A DNA stretch of 64,000 nucleotides from Callorhinchus milii (taxonomy: Eukaryota). The notes beneath the pieces were generated by a model. The model was not told the DNA's origin. It saw only the letters and a program-made list of their open reading frames with translations, and ran no database searches. Shown here piece by piece: positions 32,713 to 61,986 of this stretch. Made by a program: the position numbers and the translations under genes. How positions within the stretch are numbered: position 1 is the stretch's first letter; every line of letters begins with the position of its first letter. The stretch spans positions 4,092,001 to 4,156,000 of the forward strand of contig NW_024704769.1 of the NCBI RefSeq assembly GCF_018977255.1, in the 5' to 3' direction.

Positions 32713-35700
32713 AAGAATGCATCCAAGGGGCTGCCCTTTGCCTTTTGCGCCTGTGGGATAAATAGTAGGAGTACATTTGGTGTCCAAGAGAGCTCAGAAG
32801 CAGGTTTCAAATCATAGATGTGACATCATATCCCAGCACTGCATGACACGGGCTCCAAATATATGGTTTAAATTAGTGGGTTGTAAAATGGTGATTACTA
32901 GACGTATAAACAGTGCACCACTCTCAGACCCTAGCAGCAATTAAACCTTGTGCCAATGCACACAGAAACTGTCTGTATTTGTTGAATCCTTGATTTGATG
33001 AAGCCCCCAACCTGTTCCTCGATTTATTCATGAATAGTGAAATGGTATCAGTAGGCAACATCCATTTAGTTCCTTGTTTGTTTACCAGCGGAGCAATAGA
33101 ATTGGAGCTTTATTTATGTTTTACATAGTGTTAAAGATGCAGTTATCATCATCAGCCATGAGCAAAAAAGAAATAGGTTGCCTTGATGTGTAAGATTAGA
33201 AACACAAAGCGATCTGTTGTCAAACACTGTGAAACATTGCCCTTTGGTCCTACACGCCCAGATCCGAGAGACATTCTGTATTCGGGTGAACATGGGTGTA
33301 GGACTGAAGTTCAGAGAAAGCGGAGCAGAGGATAAAGAACACTTGTAACATGTCGCTTTCCCTCCTTTTGGAACCTGGACACCACAGTGTGATTGGAAGG
33401 TAGGTGGCTTTTGACAGTCGGTCACTCAGCTCGGGCTGCCTCCCCAGCACAGCGAGGTTGGTTCAGGATGTTATGATTATAACCTGAATGAAAATGTACC
33501 AAGGCATCTGTCTAGGCTTTGATTACTGATTACTTTGTGCACTGAGAGTGGTAGCATTTCTGGTCTTGTATTTGTGACACCTGACTGTTCAGCACTTTGG
33601 GACGTCCTCCCGACGTGAAAGGAGCTCTATAAATGTAATTTTGTTGTTGCCATTCACTTGTCAGCTCACAGAGATCACTCATATGAATGCTGTATTTTTT
33701 TGTTAACAGCTGGGAACAGGCTGCTTCCGGAATTTACACCATAGAGTAAGCGTTTCAGAGAGCTTCGGAAAGAGGTTATCTTCTGCCATTCGCCCACACA
33801 ATACACAGTCACTACACTTCACACTGTATCCTGTGAAGCGCTTTAAGACGTCTCAAAGACATGATAAGGCACTGAATCAAATGCGCGAATTATTATTGTA
33901 AATCTGTGACAACCCCCAATGTATGCCACAGTTGAGCAACAACAACAACAACAACTTGGATTTATATAGCGCCCTCCACGCCGGACAGCATCTCAGAGCG
34001 CTTTACAGTAATGGATCCTAGGACCGAGCCAGAGGGAGGGGGAGGAAGGTGACCAAAGGCACGATCGAAAATAAAGGTCTTCAGCAGAGACCTGAAAATG
34101 GGAAGGGGGTAGCAAGACAAAGGGAGTGAGGAAGGCAGTGTTTTGGGAAGGACGTGCCTAGGAACATTAAGTATGCAAGAAGAAAATAGAGTGAAGCAAC
34201 AAACTCTTTGCAGCTTAAAGAAAATTTAGGAGTTGAGCATCTCTTTGTGAAATGAATTGACTTCCCTTTTCAGGGGCAGTTTTAGTTTTCTTTGATGTTA
34301 GAGTGCTGTTCTGAGTGAGAGGTTGTGCTGACAGTTTAGAGGGTGCTTGGTTTGATCCCGTCATTTATTGGCATTTGCACTGAAACTTCACAGTGCTAGG
34401 GGGAGGGATGGTCTCCATCCATACAGGCATTTCCATGGAGTTTTCTTACCCCTTTGTTCCCCACAGCTTTCACGAACAAGAGCTGTGCCTTTGAGCAGAG
34501 GCCACACTGAAATCAGCAGACTGCCGCTTTCTCACGGAGCTTGATACAGCACCTTATTGCATTGTCGAGACGTCTCAAAGCGCTCACAGTTTACACTGTA
34601 AAGTGGAGGGACTCTTTCTTGTTAAAGCAGGAGAGTTTGCTTCCTGTTGTGTGATCCAGGGCTACTGAATCCAGTGCATTTCTGCCTGGTTCAGATTAGT
34701 TAATTCTGTACAAGCCACAGATTGAACTGGACACCTTTCAAGTTTGTTTGTTTGTATGGACCACCTTCACATAATACACTGTGACTTTCCCAACTGAGTC
34801 ACCTGAAAGCTTCAGCCGATCATGTTTTTATTCAATTAAGATTAACCTGCAGATATAATTAAAGGGAGGAGATAGGCAATTTGTAAAGAACTTTCTAGTT
34901 ATTTTTCTTCAATCACGATTCACACTACCTCAAGAATTTTTTTTAAAAGGGTTTATTATCCCCGGAAAAACAATCTGCCAATCGACTGACAACCTGGTTC
35001 CTACTTACTGCGAGGGGAACAGAAGTGTTTGAAGTAAGGAAACTTGCCCAACGTTTCACCCTGCCTGGGAATCAAACCCAGGTCCTCTTGCTTGCTAGGC
35101 AAGTGCTCTTTTAACTACTATGTTAAACTACTACTATGTTAAACTACTACTTTTAACTACATGTTATGTCAGATCACACTTCTTCACATCAGGGACATTA
35201 CTTGAATTAGACGTCGCTTGACTTTATTTTCAAACGAAAAGGTTCTGTGTGTTTGAGACGTCCTCCCGATGTGAAATGCACCATATAAATGATTTTGTTT
35301 TGTATCTTGTATTAGCAAGTCATCTTCTTGATTCAACCCTGGATGTAGGATCAATAGCTTTACCCATCTTGACCAGGTATTCTCAGAGCGAGTGGTATCT
35401 TTTATTGAAGTATGTCATAGCTGTGTGAATGCCTGCCCCTCCCTCCCTCCCTCCCTCCATACCTTGGATTGACTATGAGGTAGAAAGCCACCCTAAAGTA
35501 GCTGATTGACACTGAGCATACGTCCAGTAAATCAGCTTTCAACAATCAGTCTTTGAACTGGTTTGACAAGCAAACTAGCCAGAATCTGTTTTTAATATTC
35601 AAAACATTATGTTATGTTAAAACCTGAACTGGGCTTTTCCATGATGGTTCAGTTGGTAAATGCGCTGCTGGGTAAAGGAGAGCTGAACTGTACACAGCAG

Positions 35701-35833
35701 TTCTGTCTGTCCTAGTATTGATCTCCTCTAAGCTAAATTAGCTGACCTCGACAGCCCTGAAAAATCTCACTCCCACATCAAAATCCACTGAGTATTGCCG
35801 CAAAAACGCATGTGGCCACCTGGCAATTCTCCC

Positions 35834-36425
35834 TCAATAATAATAATAATAATCCTTGCATTTGATATAGCGCTTTTCTCGTCTTCTAGACGTCCCAAAG
35901 AGCTTCACAGAATATACTGTAAAATGAATTGACTGTATATTTGTGGGCGAACGCGGCAGCCAATTGCACACAGCAATGTCCCACAAACAGCCGTGAATTG
36001 AAAATGACCAATTTATTAGTGTTTTTGGTTTTGGAGGGATTATTATTAGGCTCTGTGTGGAGTAAGGAAACTTGGCCAAGGTTTCGCCCTGCGACTCCAC
36101 TTACTTCCCTCCCCCCAGGGAGAACAGTCACTTGTTGGAATAATAAACCTTGCAAACACCTTGTTTGGTGTAGCTTAGTGGTTAGACCGCTCGCCTCGCA
36201 ATCGAGAGGACTGGGTTTGATTCCTGGGCAGAGCGAAACGCTAGACAGGGGTAATAATCCCTTCAAATTTTTTTTGTGGGACGCTGCTGTGCGCAATTGG
36301 CTACCGTGTTTCGCCCACAAAATATAAAGTCAATTCGCTTTACAGTTTCTTCTCTGAAGCGATTTGAGACATCTCAAAGATGCGATATGGCGCTATATCA
36401 AATGCAAGGATTATTATTATAATAA
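35834..36425. mobile_element. Head-to-head pair of SINE copies
   Basis: Minus copy at 35834-36100 and plus copy at ~36165-36425. Confidence 0.8.
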
Positions 36426-36969
36426 TAAATGTTGCAAAAAGTATTGAATATTAAGCCCTGTTTGGTACTTAGCATTAAACTTTTTTTTTAACCACTGTTG
36501 TAGTGGCGGGAGAATAGATTCTCTTCTGAAAAACAACCAACTGGCTAACTGAACACATATTTGGATTTGCTGTGAGTTGCAGGCAGTGGGAGGGTTTTAC
36601 GAAGAGCCCGGGGTGGGTTTGGAGAGGGGAGATAGCGCACAATTCTTTGTCACAAGCAGGTCAGCAAGGGCACGATTACACCTTGTGGAACGAACAGCTG
36701 CTAAAACACACGTCGAGCGAGCGAGCTCTGCCTCACTGCACGATCACAGCTCTGATGACAGCACCCTTGCTCTCAGCTGGGCTCAACTGATAACCGAGCC
36801 CAGAGAAAAAAAGAAGGGAAGGGGAACAAATTGATTCCTTTTGTCGTGAAGTGAGTCAGGATATAAGGGTAGTGGTCTGAGCCACAGCTTGGTCAGTTGG
36901 TGTGTTCTGCCGCACAGCAAACGTTTACTGGATTGAGTTATAGACAGAAGGAATTTGGAAGTGATAAGA

Positions 36970-53280
<16,311 letters not shown>

Positions 53281-54107
53281 GTCAGTGTCAATGTCCCCCA
53301 GGACAATGTCAGCCTCATCTCTTGTTGACAGTTACGTAGTATTTTGAAGTGTCTCCAAATTTCACTAAAATGTGTTCCTTTTCCGTTTAGAATTCCATCC
53401 CACAGTCTCTCCATCTCGCCCCTGCCCTCCCTCGCCTCCTTCAAGGCATGTCTCAAGACCTTCCTCTTCGATCACCCTCCTAGCCATGCCCTCCACACCT
53501 CGTGATCCCAACCCCCAGCTCAGGTCCAAATCCCTGACTGTTCAGTGTTTTGGGACGTCCTCCCGACGTGAGGGGCGCTGTGTATATGTAATGTGTTGGT
53601 GTTGTTGTCATGCAGAGTTCACATCATGGTTTGGTAACCCGCGTGGACATGGAGCAGCAGCAGAAGTAGAAGCGAAGGAGCCTCTCCACAGACTGACATC
53701 ACTTTTGTTTTTTGGGGGAAACATCCCCTGGCTTTACAGCTCTGTCTGTCTCTTCACACAGATTTGGGAGGGTATGTCCTGAGAAAGGAAGCGTTTCCGC
53801 CTCTGATGGAAACGTCAGCCACAGAAACCGTCCCTGAGTCTGAGATTGTTACACGACAGTCAGTGGCTGAGCATTGACCTGCACTGTGCAGTCAGTCCCT
53901 CAATGGAAATCAGAGTCTCATAGAAACGGTGAAAGTTAATATGATTTTAAACTAATTAATTTCAATCCAATATTTAGCCACTAACAGTATCTTAAGCTTA
54001 TGATGATCACCCAATTCAGTCAGGATTGCAGTATTTTAAACAGGTTACTATGACGTGCAATGTCCACGACTGAATTTCTTAGGATATATCTGTTCCTCAT
54101 TTACATA

Positions 54108-54572
54108 TATAGGAACAGGAGGAAGCCATTCAGCCCCTTGAGCCTGATCCACAGTCAATTCACTTTACAGTGTGTTCTGTGAAGCGCTTTGGGACGTCCT
54201 CCCGACGTGACAAGCACTATATCAAATGCAAGGATTATTATTATTATTATTATCCGCCATTTTATTAGATCATAACTGAATGGTACCTCAACTCCAATTA
54301 CCTGCCTTTGCCCCATATCCCTTGACCCCAGCTCGGGTTTGAAATGCTGTACACTGTCCAGCACCTTGGGACATCCTACCGATGTGAAAGCTGCTATACA
54401 GATGTAATCTTGTTGTTGTTGATACCCTGATCTAACAAACATCTCTCCACCTCAGTCTGGACAATGTGAATGGATCCAACCATAATCCACAGCCTTTTTG
54501 GGGAGGGAGTTCCAGATTTACACTACGCTTTGGGTGAAAAACTGCCTCTTGATTTTGCTCCTAAATGGCCTC
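54108..54572 (-). mobile_element. CR1 3' end interrupted by a SINE tail and an L2 3' end
   Basis: CR1 sequence is split by plus-strand insertions at ~54151-54253 (SINE tail) and ~54327-54421 (L2 tail). Confidence 0.8.
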
Positions 54573-55122
54573 GAAATATCTAAAGTCCTCTCTGTGTCTG
54601 GAGGTGACCAGTCAGATTAAGCTGTTTTAGAAGACGATGAATAGAAGAACCAATATTCCTGGAAACATTTCACTCAACTCCACCTGTCACTGAGGCCATA
54701 GAATGGTGGGAATTCAGCCCATCAAGTCCTCATCAGCTCTCAGAGCAAACTATAAGTTCAGTCACACTTGCCCTGCCCTTCCCCCATCCTGTCTCAAGCC
54801 TCTGACGCTCAAATACCTGCCGACTTCCCTTGTGAATCCCACAATGGACACTGCCCGGCCCCATTTCACCAGCAATACTTACAATCTCCCCAACAAGGCA
54901 ATCACCATTCACACAATCATCCTGATACTGAACCTACAACCTGTGAATCTTGTGAAACTGCCAACCATCAGTCAATGAAACCTGGTTCCACCACACTTTC
55001 ATTCAAAATAATGATAGTATAAAGCCCTGATTTGTGATTTTACTACAGAAAGCTTTCAAAATTCCTTCTTTCCTCTTGTGTAGTGGCCTCGCTGACATGG
55101 TCTCGTGACATATTTTGCCATT

Positions 55123-55690
55123 TAATAAACAGACTTCACCAAACTTAACAGCCAGAGGAAATTCTCCCACCCCGTCATTTACACATACCAAGTGGCCTTA
55201 TCCACTTTGAGTTCAGCTCAGAATTGACGTCCATCCAGTAGGAAAGTTTATCAGCCCACTAACGTCTCATGTTCCCTGGCATCTGTTGCCATATCAGTGA
55301 AAGGAAAATTGAGTGCTCCCTTTGTGGTTCATTTTAACAAGAACTCCAGGTGTCAACCATCTTGTGTTGTGGTTACTACACTGCCAGCGACACCCTGCAC
55401 CAGTTCAAGTACTAATTTATCTACACAGAAAAGCAAGTTTCCAAGTGATTTGCTAAGATTCTCAGCCTCTTCGCCTGAATGATGGACTGACACTATCTAC
55501 CAGTGAGATAATGAAGCAATACTTCAGATATTACACAGATGTTAGCCGGAGCTTGGCATCGCCGTGCAAGACAGTGGTTTGGAGATTGGTAACAGTTTGA
55601 TGTCCTGAATAATGTATCTGTACTTTGCTACGTGTGTGTGTACTGGAATTTCTGTCATTACTATTTGCTGTATAAAAAAGAAAATAAAGC
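55123..55690 (+). terminator. Candidate polyadenylation signals for the NT5C2-like gene
   Basis: AATAAA at ~55124 and ~55683 at the end of a repeat-free block (54590-55720). The second is followed by a T-rich tract. Confidence 0.45.
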
Positions 55691-56094
55691 CTTTTCTCAT
55701 TTTATTTCACTCTGAAAGAAAAACATTTTCAAATACGCTTCACTTTCAGACTGTGCTCTGACTGTCTGTGCCTCAACCGGTGCCGACATTCGCTGCTGTG
55801 TTGACTTACACACAGTCACTGCACTTCGCAGTAAATCCCGTGAAGCGCTTATGAGGCATTTTGAATGACAGACTCACTACAATAAAATAATAATAATAAT
55901 AATCCTTTGCATTTGGTACAGAGCCTCGCGGCGCTTCGACTGTGACGTCTAAAGTGAATTGCCTGTGTTTTGTGGGGATTATTATTATTATTATTATTAT
56001 TAGAGCAGCAGTGAGAGAGGCGCTGCCGTGTGCACAGAGCGCCAGTGGGGGGCGCAGCTGCTCCACCACTGATCACAGAGCCGGGAGAACGGTC

Positions 56095-56190
56095 TCAGAC
56101 ATGCGCAGTGCGACTGCAATGAGGCCGGGGCCCGCATGCGCACTGCGCGCTGTCAGGCGGGCGGATGGACAAGGACGCATGCGCACTGGT
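56095..56190 (+). promoter_or_regulatory. TMED4 CpG-island promoter with NRF1-type sites
   Basis: CGCATGCGCA at ~56133 and ~56176 and CATGCGCAG at ~56100, immediately upstream of the ATG. Further CCAAT boxes lie in intron 1 (~56588-56693). Confidence 0.6.
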
Positions 56191-56210
56191 GCCGTGCGGT
56201 GGCGGTGGCG

Positions 56211-56408
56211 ATGGGGCTGAGCGCGGGGCCGCTCGCGCTGTGGCTGCTGCTGCAGTTCGGCTGCTCGCGGGCGCTGTACTTCCACATCGGGGAGACCGAG
56301 AAAAAGTGCTTCATAGAAGAGATTCCTGACGAGACCATGGTGATCGGTGAGGGGGGAGGGGAGGGAGGGGGAGTGGGGGGTGAGGGGGAGTGTGAGGGGG
56401 GGAGGAGT

Positions 56409-56440
<32 letters not shown>

Positions 56441-58874
56441 GAGGGAGGGTGAGTGGGGGGTGAGGGGGGAGTGAGTGGAGGGTGAGGGGGGAGTGAGGGG
56501 GGTGAGGGGGGAGTGAGTGGGGGGTGAGGGTGAGGGGGGAGTGAGGGTGAGGGGGGTCTCAGGCCCTGGGGCTGAGGGCGGCCCTGTGATTGGCCGCCGC
56601 CCTCCTCGGGTCAAATCATCGCAGCCAATCAGCGAGTGAAGAATCAGCTTTAGTGACCAATCACAGCCGCTTCTCCCGTCACCGCGGCCAATCCCGGGCC
56701 TCAAACCCCCCAATGTCTCTGTGACCCCAATGCCTCTCTCTCTCTCTCTCTCTCTGTGTGGCCAATGTGACCCCAATGCCTCTCTCTCTCTGTGGACCTT
56801 CTGCCCAGTGTGTGTCCACCTTGGTGCGGGCTGTGGGGCAATGTCCCTCGCGGTCGGTCGGTCGGTCGGTGTGTGTGTTCAATGCTGTTGAAGTGCAGGT
56901 CAGAGAGCAATGTTTGACATTACCCCCTTATCTGCTCTTAGCTGTGTACTGATTGGACCTGTCTTTGTGTCTGTCGGCTATGTTCCTTTGCCGCCATCTC
57001 TCTGGTTTGATTCGCAGTGAGTGAGCGTACAGTACAGTATTTCCTTTCTGTTTCAGGTAATTACAGGACTCAGCTATGGGATAAAAAGGTAGAGGCTTTT
57101 CTCCCCTCCACGCCTGGGCTAGGGATGCACGTGGAAGTCCGAGACCCTGACACAAAGGTAGGGAACCATCCACTGTGCACATCTGCCGCAGAAACGCGTG
57201 TGAAATAGCCGTAACAGAACGCAGGTAGACTTGCCCTGGAATTGTATTTTAGACGGAAACCGGTTCGATAGATGTTCAGAAACGATTTTGATCAAATGGT
57301 GTTGAATCTTTCTGGAGTTGCTCATGTCGTCATGTGACAAACAGAAGTCGAAATATTTTCTGAGTTGGTGTCAGTGACAGTCCTCCACTATAAACAACAA
57401 CAAGTGACATTTGCACACGGGAGGGAGGGGATGAGGCAAAGGGACTGTAGGATGGAGTTCCCAAGGGTGGGATATATGTGATGTGTAATATAACATATGA
57501 TCTGATAACTCTAGCCAGTGAGAAGATTTCTACGGTTAAATGGGCTGAAACTTGAGCTCAGTCCTACCCCTTCTCTCGCTCTCTCGCTCAGTCACTGTAC
57601 AGCGCAGTGTGAGACGTTCTCCTGTGTGAGGTTCACTAACTAAACACAAGTTGTTGTGGGTCTTTTTGCACAGGTGGTAACTTCTGAAGAAGCAACATAT
57701 GGACAATGAACGACATAGTAATGTTTTCAATGCTGTGTTATTTTACAGATTATTTTATCTCGACAATATGGGTCTGAGGGCCGATTTACCTTCACGTCGC
57801 ACACGCCAGGTGAACACCAGATCTGCCTGCACTCCAACTCCACAAAGATGTCCCTCTTTGCAGGTGGTAAACTGGTAAGCTGTGGGCATTGGGTACAATT
57901 AGAGCTGCTTTGCTCTTGAAGCTGGAGGTGGGCAGCGCGGACTGTCCCAGGGTATGGAGATCCTCATTGCCAGGTTTGCCTTAGTAAGGTTTTTCCCTGC
58001 CCGGGAATCGAACCCGGGTCCTCTCACTTGCGAGGCGAGGGCTCTAACCACTGAGCTACAGCACTCCACATGGTTATAGGGGGATGAAGGAGTGATTGAG
58101 CCGTGCTGTGTTATACTGTTAGTGATGATCTCTCTTTCTCTCTCTCTCTGGCTTAGCGAGTGCATCTCGATATCCAGGTGGGGGAACACGCCAACAACTA
58201 TCCTGAAATCGCAGCCAAGGACAAGCTGACTGAGCTGCAGCTCCGTGTCCGGCAGCTCCTGGATCAGGTGGAACAGATTCAGAAAGAACAGAACTACCAG
58301 CGGGTGAGTGAGGGAGGGAGGGAGGGAGGGGCATTGTCAGCCACAAAGCTGCCACCACACAGACAGAATGTCTCCGCATAAAACCCTGCTCTACGCAGCC
58401 TCCTCTCCGGGCTCTTTGTGGGAGATTGCTGTGCAAATTAGCTGTCGCATTAACTTCTAAAGTACACAATCATTTCACAGTAAACCATGTCAAGGGCTCT
58501 GCTATTGCCAACCTGTGCCTAATGCTCTCCAGAATTAGGTGGCAGTCAATCCACGTTACAGTGTATCCTGTGAAGCGCTTTGAGACGTTTCAAAGACGAG
58601 ATAAGGCGCTGTATCAAATGCGAGGATTATTGTTATTATCAACTTCTTGTTGGTTTGGATCCTTTTTAAACACGGTGAAGGGTCAGACACCCGATTGATT
58701 GGATGTTATTTTCTCCTCACACAGTACAGAGAGGAACGTTTCCGCTTGACCAGTGAGAGCACCAACCAGCGAGTGCTTTGGTGGTCGATCGCACAGACCA
58801 TTATCCTCATCTTGACGGGAATCTGGCAAATGAAACATCTAAAGAGTTTCTTTGAGGCGAAGAAACTGGTATAA
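56211..58874 (+). CDS. TMED4: Transmembrane p24 trafficking protein 4 (GOLD domain), complete, 219 aa
   Basis: Exons 56211-56346, 57057-57157, 57749-57874, 58157-58303, 58725-58874; total 660 nt. Signal peptide, [27 protein letters not shown], and C-terminal FFEAKKLV dilysine motif. TMED4-type rather than TMED9-type residues: [40 protein letters not shown]. Confidence 0.95.
56347..56556 (+). repeat. G-rich GTGAG-based minisatellite at the start of TMED4 intron 1
   Basis: Repeated gtgaggggg(g)a / gtgagtgg units and a long poly-G run, starting at the exon 1 donor. Confidence 0.85.
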
Positions 58875-59649
58875 ATCCCTGTGGCTGCTGTAAGAGAATA
58901 TCAACACAAACCACAATCTCAATCACTGGCCTTTGTATTATACTGTGACCACATTACAACTGGGAACTGAGAATTCTTTAGTAAAGTGAAGGGAGGAGGT
59001 TTGTTAATTTGTCTTGTAATGGTCAAGCAGGGAAGAATATATTGTGGCGTATGAACATGGGTCAGTCCAGAAAACCTTTCTCACTTGCTGGGAGATGTGA
59101 GTAAATAGTTACACTGTTGTTAACAGTTCAAAGACAAAAGCTGTGATTTTCACCGTCCTTTTAAAACGATGGCACTCAGCTTTTGTTTGCACCCTTTCAG
59201 CTGTAAATTTTTTCTCCCCACAAATTACACAGGGGGTAATAATCCCTTCAAAAAAATAATAATAATTTGGTCTCTCAATCCACGACTGTTAGTGGGACAC
59301 TGCTGTGCGCAATTAGCTCCCGCGTTTTAAGTCCACAAAATATAGTCAATTCACTTTAGAGTGTATCCTATGAAGCGCTTTGAGACGCCTCGAAGATGTG
59401 ATCAGGCGCTATATCAAATACAAGGATTATTATTATTAAACCCTTAATAATTTGACTTGTCCCAAAAAAAGTTCATAATGTGCATTATGTTATAAATGGG
59501 TTTGTAGGTTTTAAAATGGGTGAAGTTTGCAATATTACTGGCATGTGTTCGGGTTGTTTTTAAATTGAATTGGAACAATCAAAGGTTCTTTTATGATTAA
59601 ACAGGGAGTACCTCTACTTTTGATTCAAGTTAATTTCTCCACAATTGTT

Positions 59650-60020
59650 GGATTCCTGTAGTGGTTAGAGCATTCGCCTCGCAAGTGAGAGGACCTGGGT
59701 TTGATTCCCGAGCAAAGCGAAACCTTAGGCAAGTTTCCTTACTCCACACACACGCCTCTGTTTACCAGCAGTAAGCCGGAACCTGGTTGTTAGTTGATGG
59801 GTGGATCGCTTTTCCGGAGGTAATAAATCATTCAAAAATAAACAATAATAATTTGGTCACTTCAATCCACGACTGTGGGACACTGCTGTGTGCAATTGGC
59901 TGCTGCATTTCGTCCACAAAATCCAGTCATTCCACTTTACGGTAGATTCTGTGAAGCGCTTTTGAGATGTTTAAATGACATGATAAGGCCTATATCAAAT
60001 GTGAGGATTATTATTATAAG
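59650..60020 (+). mobile_element. Near full-length tRNA-derived SINE (in the TMED4 3' region)
   Basis: Head through tail present. Confidence 0.85.
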
Positions 60021-61267
60021 TCTAAGAAAGCTGTAACGAAATTAACCCAAACCAACCAAAAGGGACAAATCCTTGGGAATATTCTCCTGAAAAAGGAGTG
60101 AAGAGACGGGGAAAATCTTCATCCCAAATTTCTTGTTGAAATAAGAGATTAATTTATCCGGCACTTGACACAGCCACTTTCTGCCTTCCTTCCTGAAAAG
60201 GATTGTGTGCTGTGCTGTAAGGTGCCAAACTGCTGATTAGCTGTGGCTATTTTGGGGGGATTTATCATCTTTGCACTGAGTGGGAGCAAGAAATAAAAAC
60301 CTTGTAGAACATTTTCCTCTCTTTTTCTCCCCCCCCCCCCCCCCACACACACACACATACAACTTTCTTGTGATGGCGAGGTCTGTTTAACTTCTGTCAC
60401 AGACCGTCCTTCTGAAGATTGCAAAACAAAAATAAAATGGCTTCCTCATTGCCAAGTTGAGGAAACATTTGCAGTTGATAGCGCAAGTCTGAGATAGCTG
60501 TACGTTCTCTTGTCTGCCTGATTGCACCTCTCTTTTTCTCTCTCTCTTTCTCTGTTCCCATGGTTTCCTCAGCCTTTGCCCAGTTTGGATGTTGTTGTAA
60601 ATGACACACAGTGTAAACGAGCTTTGATATAAATGTAAAGGGTTTGGAGTGAGTTGGAAAGACATGGATGTGAGCAGCAGCTGTTGGTTCGAGACAGACC
60701 TCAAAAGTCCAGCTCGGCTGTCAGCCAGATGTCTACAACTGTGCCGGCTACGGCAATTCATTGTATCATTGGAACGTAAAGTTATTACATTGTTCAATAA
60801 AAAAAATTCTTGGAATATTAAAAGTTAACGTTCATACAGATTACAAACGCATCTGAGTTATGATGGTTCACATTACCCGGAGATCCTTAACATAGCGGTC
60901 AGAGGGTTCGCCTCACAAGCGATGTGGGTTCGATTCCCGGGCAGGTTGGAACCTTAGGCAAGTTTCCTTATTCCACACGCCTCTATTTATCTAGAATAGT
61001 TTAATTCTGTGCAGCTATGAAAGGTTTGTGGCTTCTGTGATGGATTGTTTTTGGCCCAAAGGGATAACAACAGGTTTCCTGATTTGAAATGCTTTTGTCT
61101 GCACCTCGTTCAACACAATCGTTCCCCAACGGAAAAAATGTGTAAATCAGCATGTATCGCAGATTACAGATTTCTGCCTCAACAGGTCTCACATACACTC
61201 AGTCTGGAACTCAGTGCTGCTGTCTGGCTTTACATTGCTCTACCTGAACTGTGACCCTGATCCAATG

Positions 61268-61560
61268 GAGTCCTGTAGTGTAGTGGTTAGACCACTCTTT
61301 GCAAACGAGAGGACCCGGGTTTGATTCCCAACAGGGAGAAACATTGGGCGTGTTTCCTTACTCCCCACACCTCTATTTACCGAGCAGTAAGAACCCGGTT
61401 GTTAGTGGATTGGCGGATCGCTTTTCCTGGGCAATAAAATACACAGTCTTACACTTGTTATACACAGTTATACACTTTATAATATAATCTGTGAAGCGCT
61501 TTGAGATGTCTAGAAGACGTGATAAGGCGCTATTATCAAATGCAAGGATTATTATTATAA
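61268..61560 (+). mobile_element. tRNA-derived SINE upstream of the astacin gene
   Basis: A box tagtgtagtgg, B box ggtttgattcc, middle module and tail. The Deu segment is deleted. Confidence 0.8.
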
Positions 61561-61986
61561 TTACTATCTATCCCAATCAACATCTCCTATCCTGCCATAT
61601 CACAACCCCTATGAGACGCTTATATCCAAGGTCAAACAGAAGTAGATAAAAGACCGTATAAAATAAGATTCATTTCGGTTCATGTCAAAGTATGACAGGA
61701 GTTGCCTGTTCACTGTGGATCGATGGAGCTGTGAAGATTGTGCTCATTGTGCTGGAGTCCTGAAAGGGTTAAACACAGAAGCAGGTCCTTCTCTCAGTCG
61801 GTGGGAACCAGGTGAAAACAGCTTCAATCGATCAGATTGCTAATCGCCCTGTTCCGAGGGGCTGACCCAAACTCCCAGAGGTAGCGGCACAGATCAGCTT
61901 AGTTCTCTGTGTTGGTAACTTTCTCTCTCCCTCTCTCAAACCCACTGATGTTCACAGAGCAATTGCTGAGAGCTCTTCCCCCTACA

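Noticed and set aside
33710-33745. Peptide ...RNLHHR resembling the NT5DC4 exon 1 end (RDYHHR) as an alternative first coding exon
   Set aside because: In that frame the donor is phase 0 and cannot join the phase-2 acceptor at 38756. Kept only as a weak exon candidate.
35834-36327. Recurrent similar short ORFs across the window (e.g. ...[24 protein letters not shown])
   Set aside because: Translations of the SINE consensus, not a gene family.
56136-56210. In-frame upstream ATG extending TMED4 by 25 aa
   Set aside because: It lies inside an NRF1-type promoter motif with weak context. The ATG at 56211 has strong context and directly precedes the signal peptide.
56580-56700. Possible ER-stress elements (ERSE) in TMED4 intron 1
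   Set aside because: CCAAT boxes are present but none has the CCAAT-N9-CCACG or ATTGG-N-CCACG spacing.
56153-56776. 207-aa minus-strand Pro-rich ORF
   Set aside because: Antisense read of TMED4 exon 1 and the G-rich repeat.
61268-61340. tRNA-like sequences with A/B boxes (also at 24449, 41308, 45112, 59650 and others)
   Set aside because: They are SINE heads that continue into SINE body sequence and lack an intact cloverleaf.
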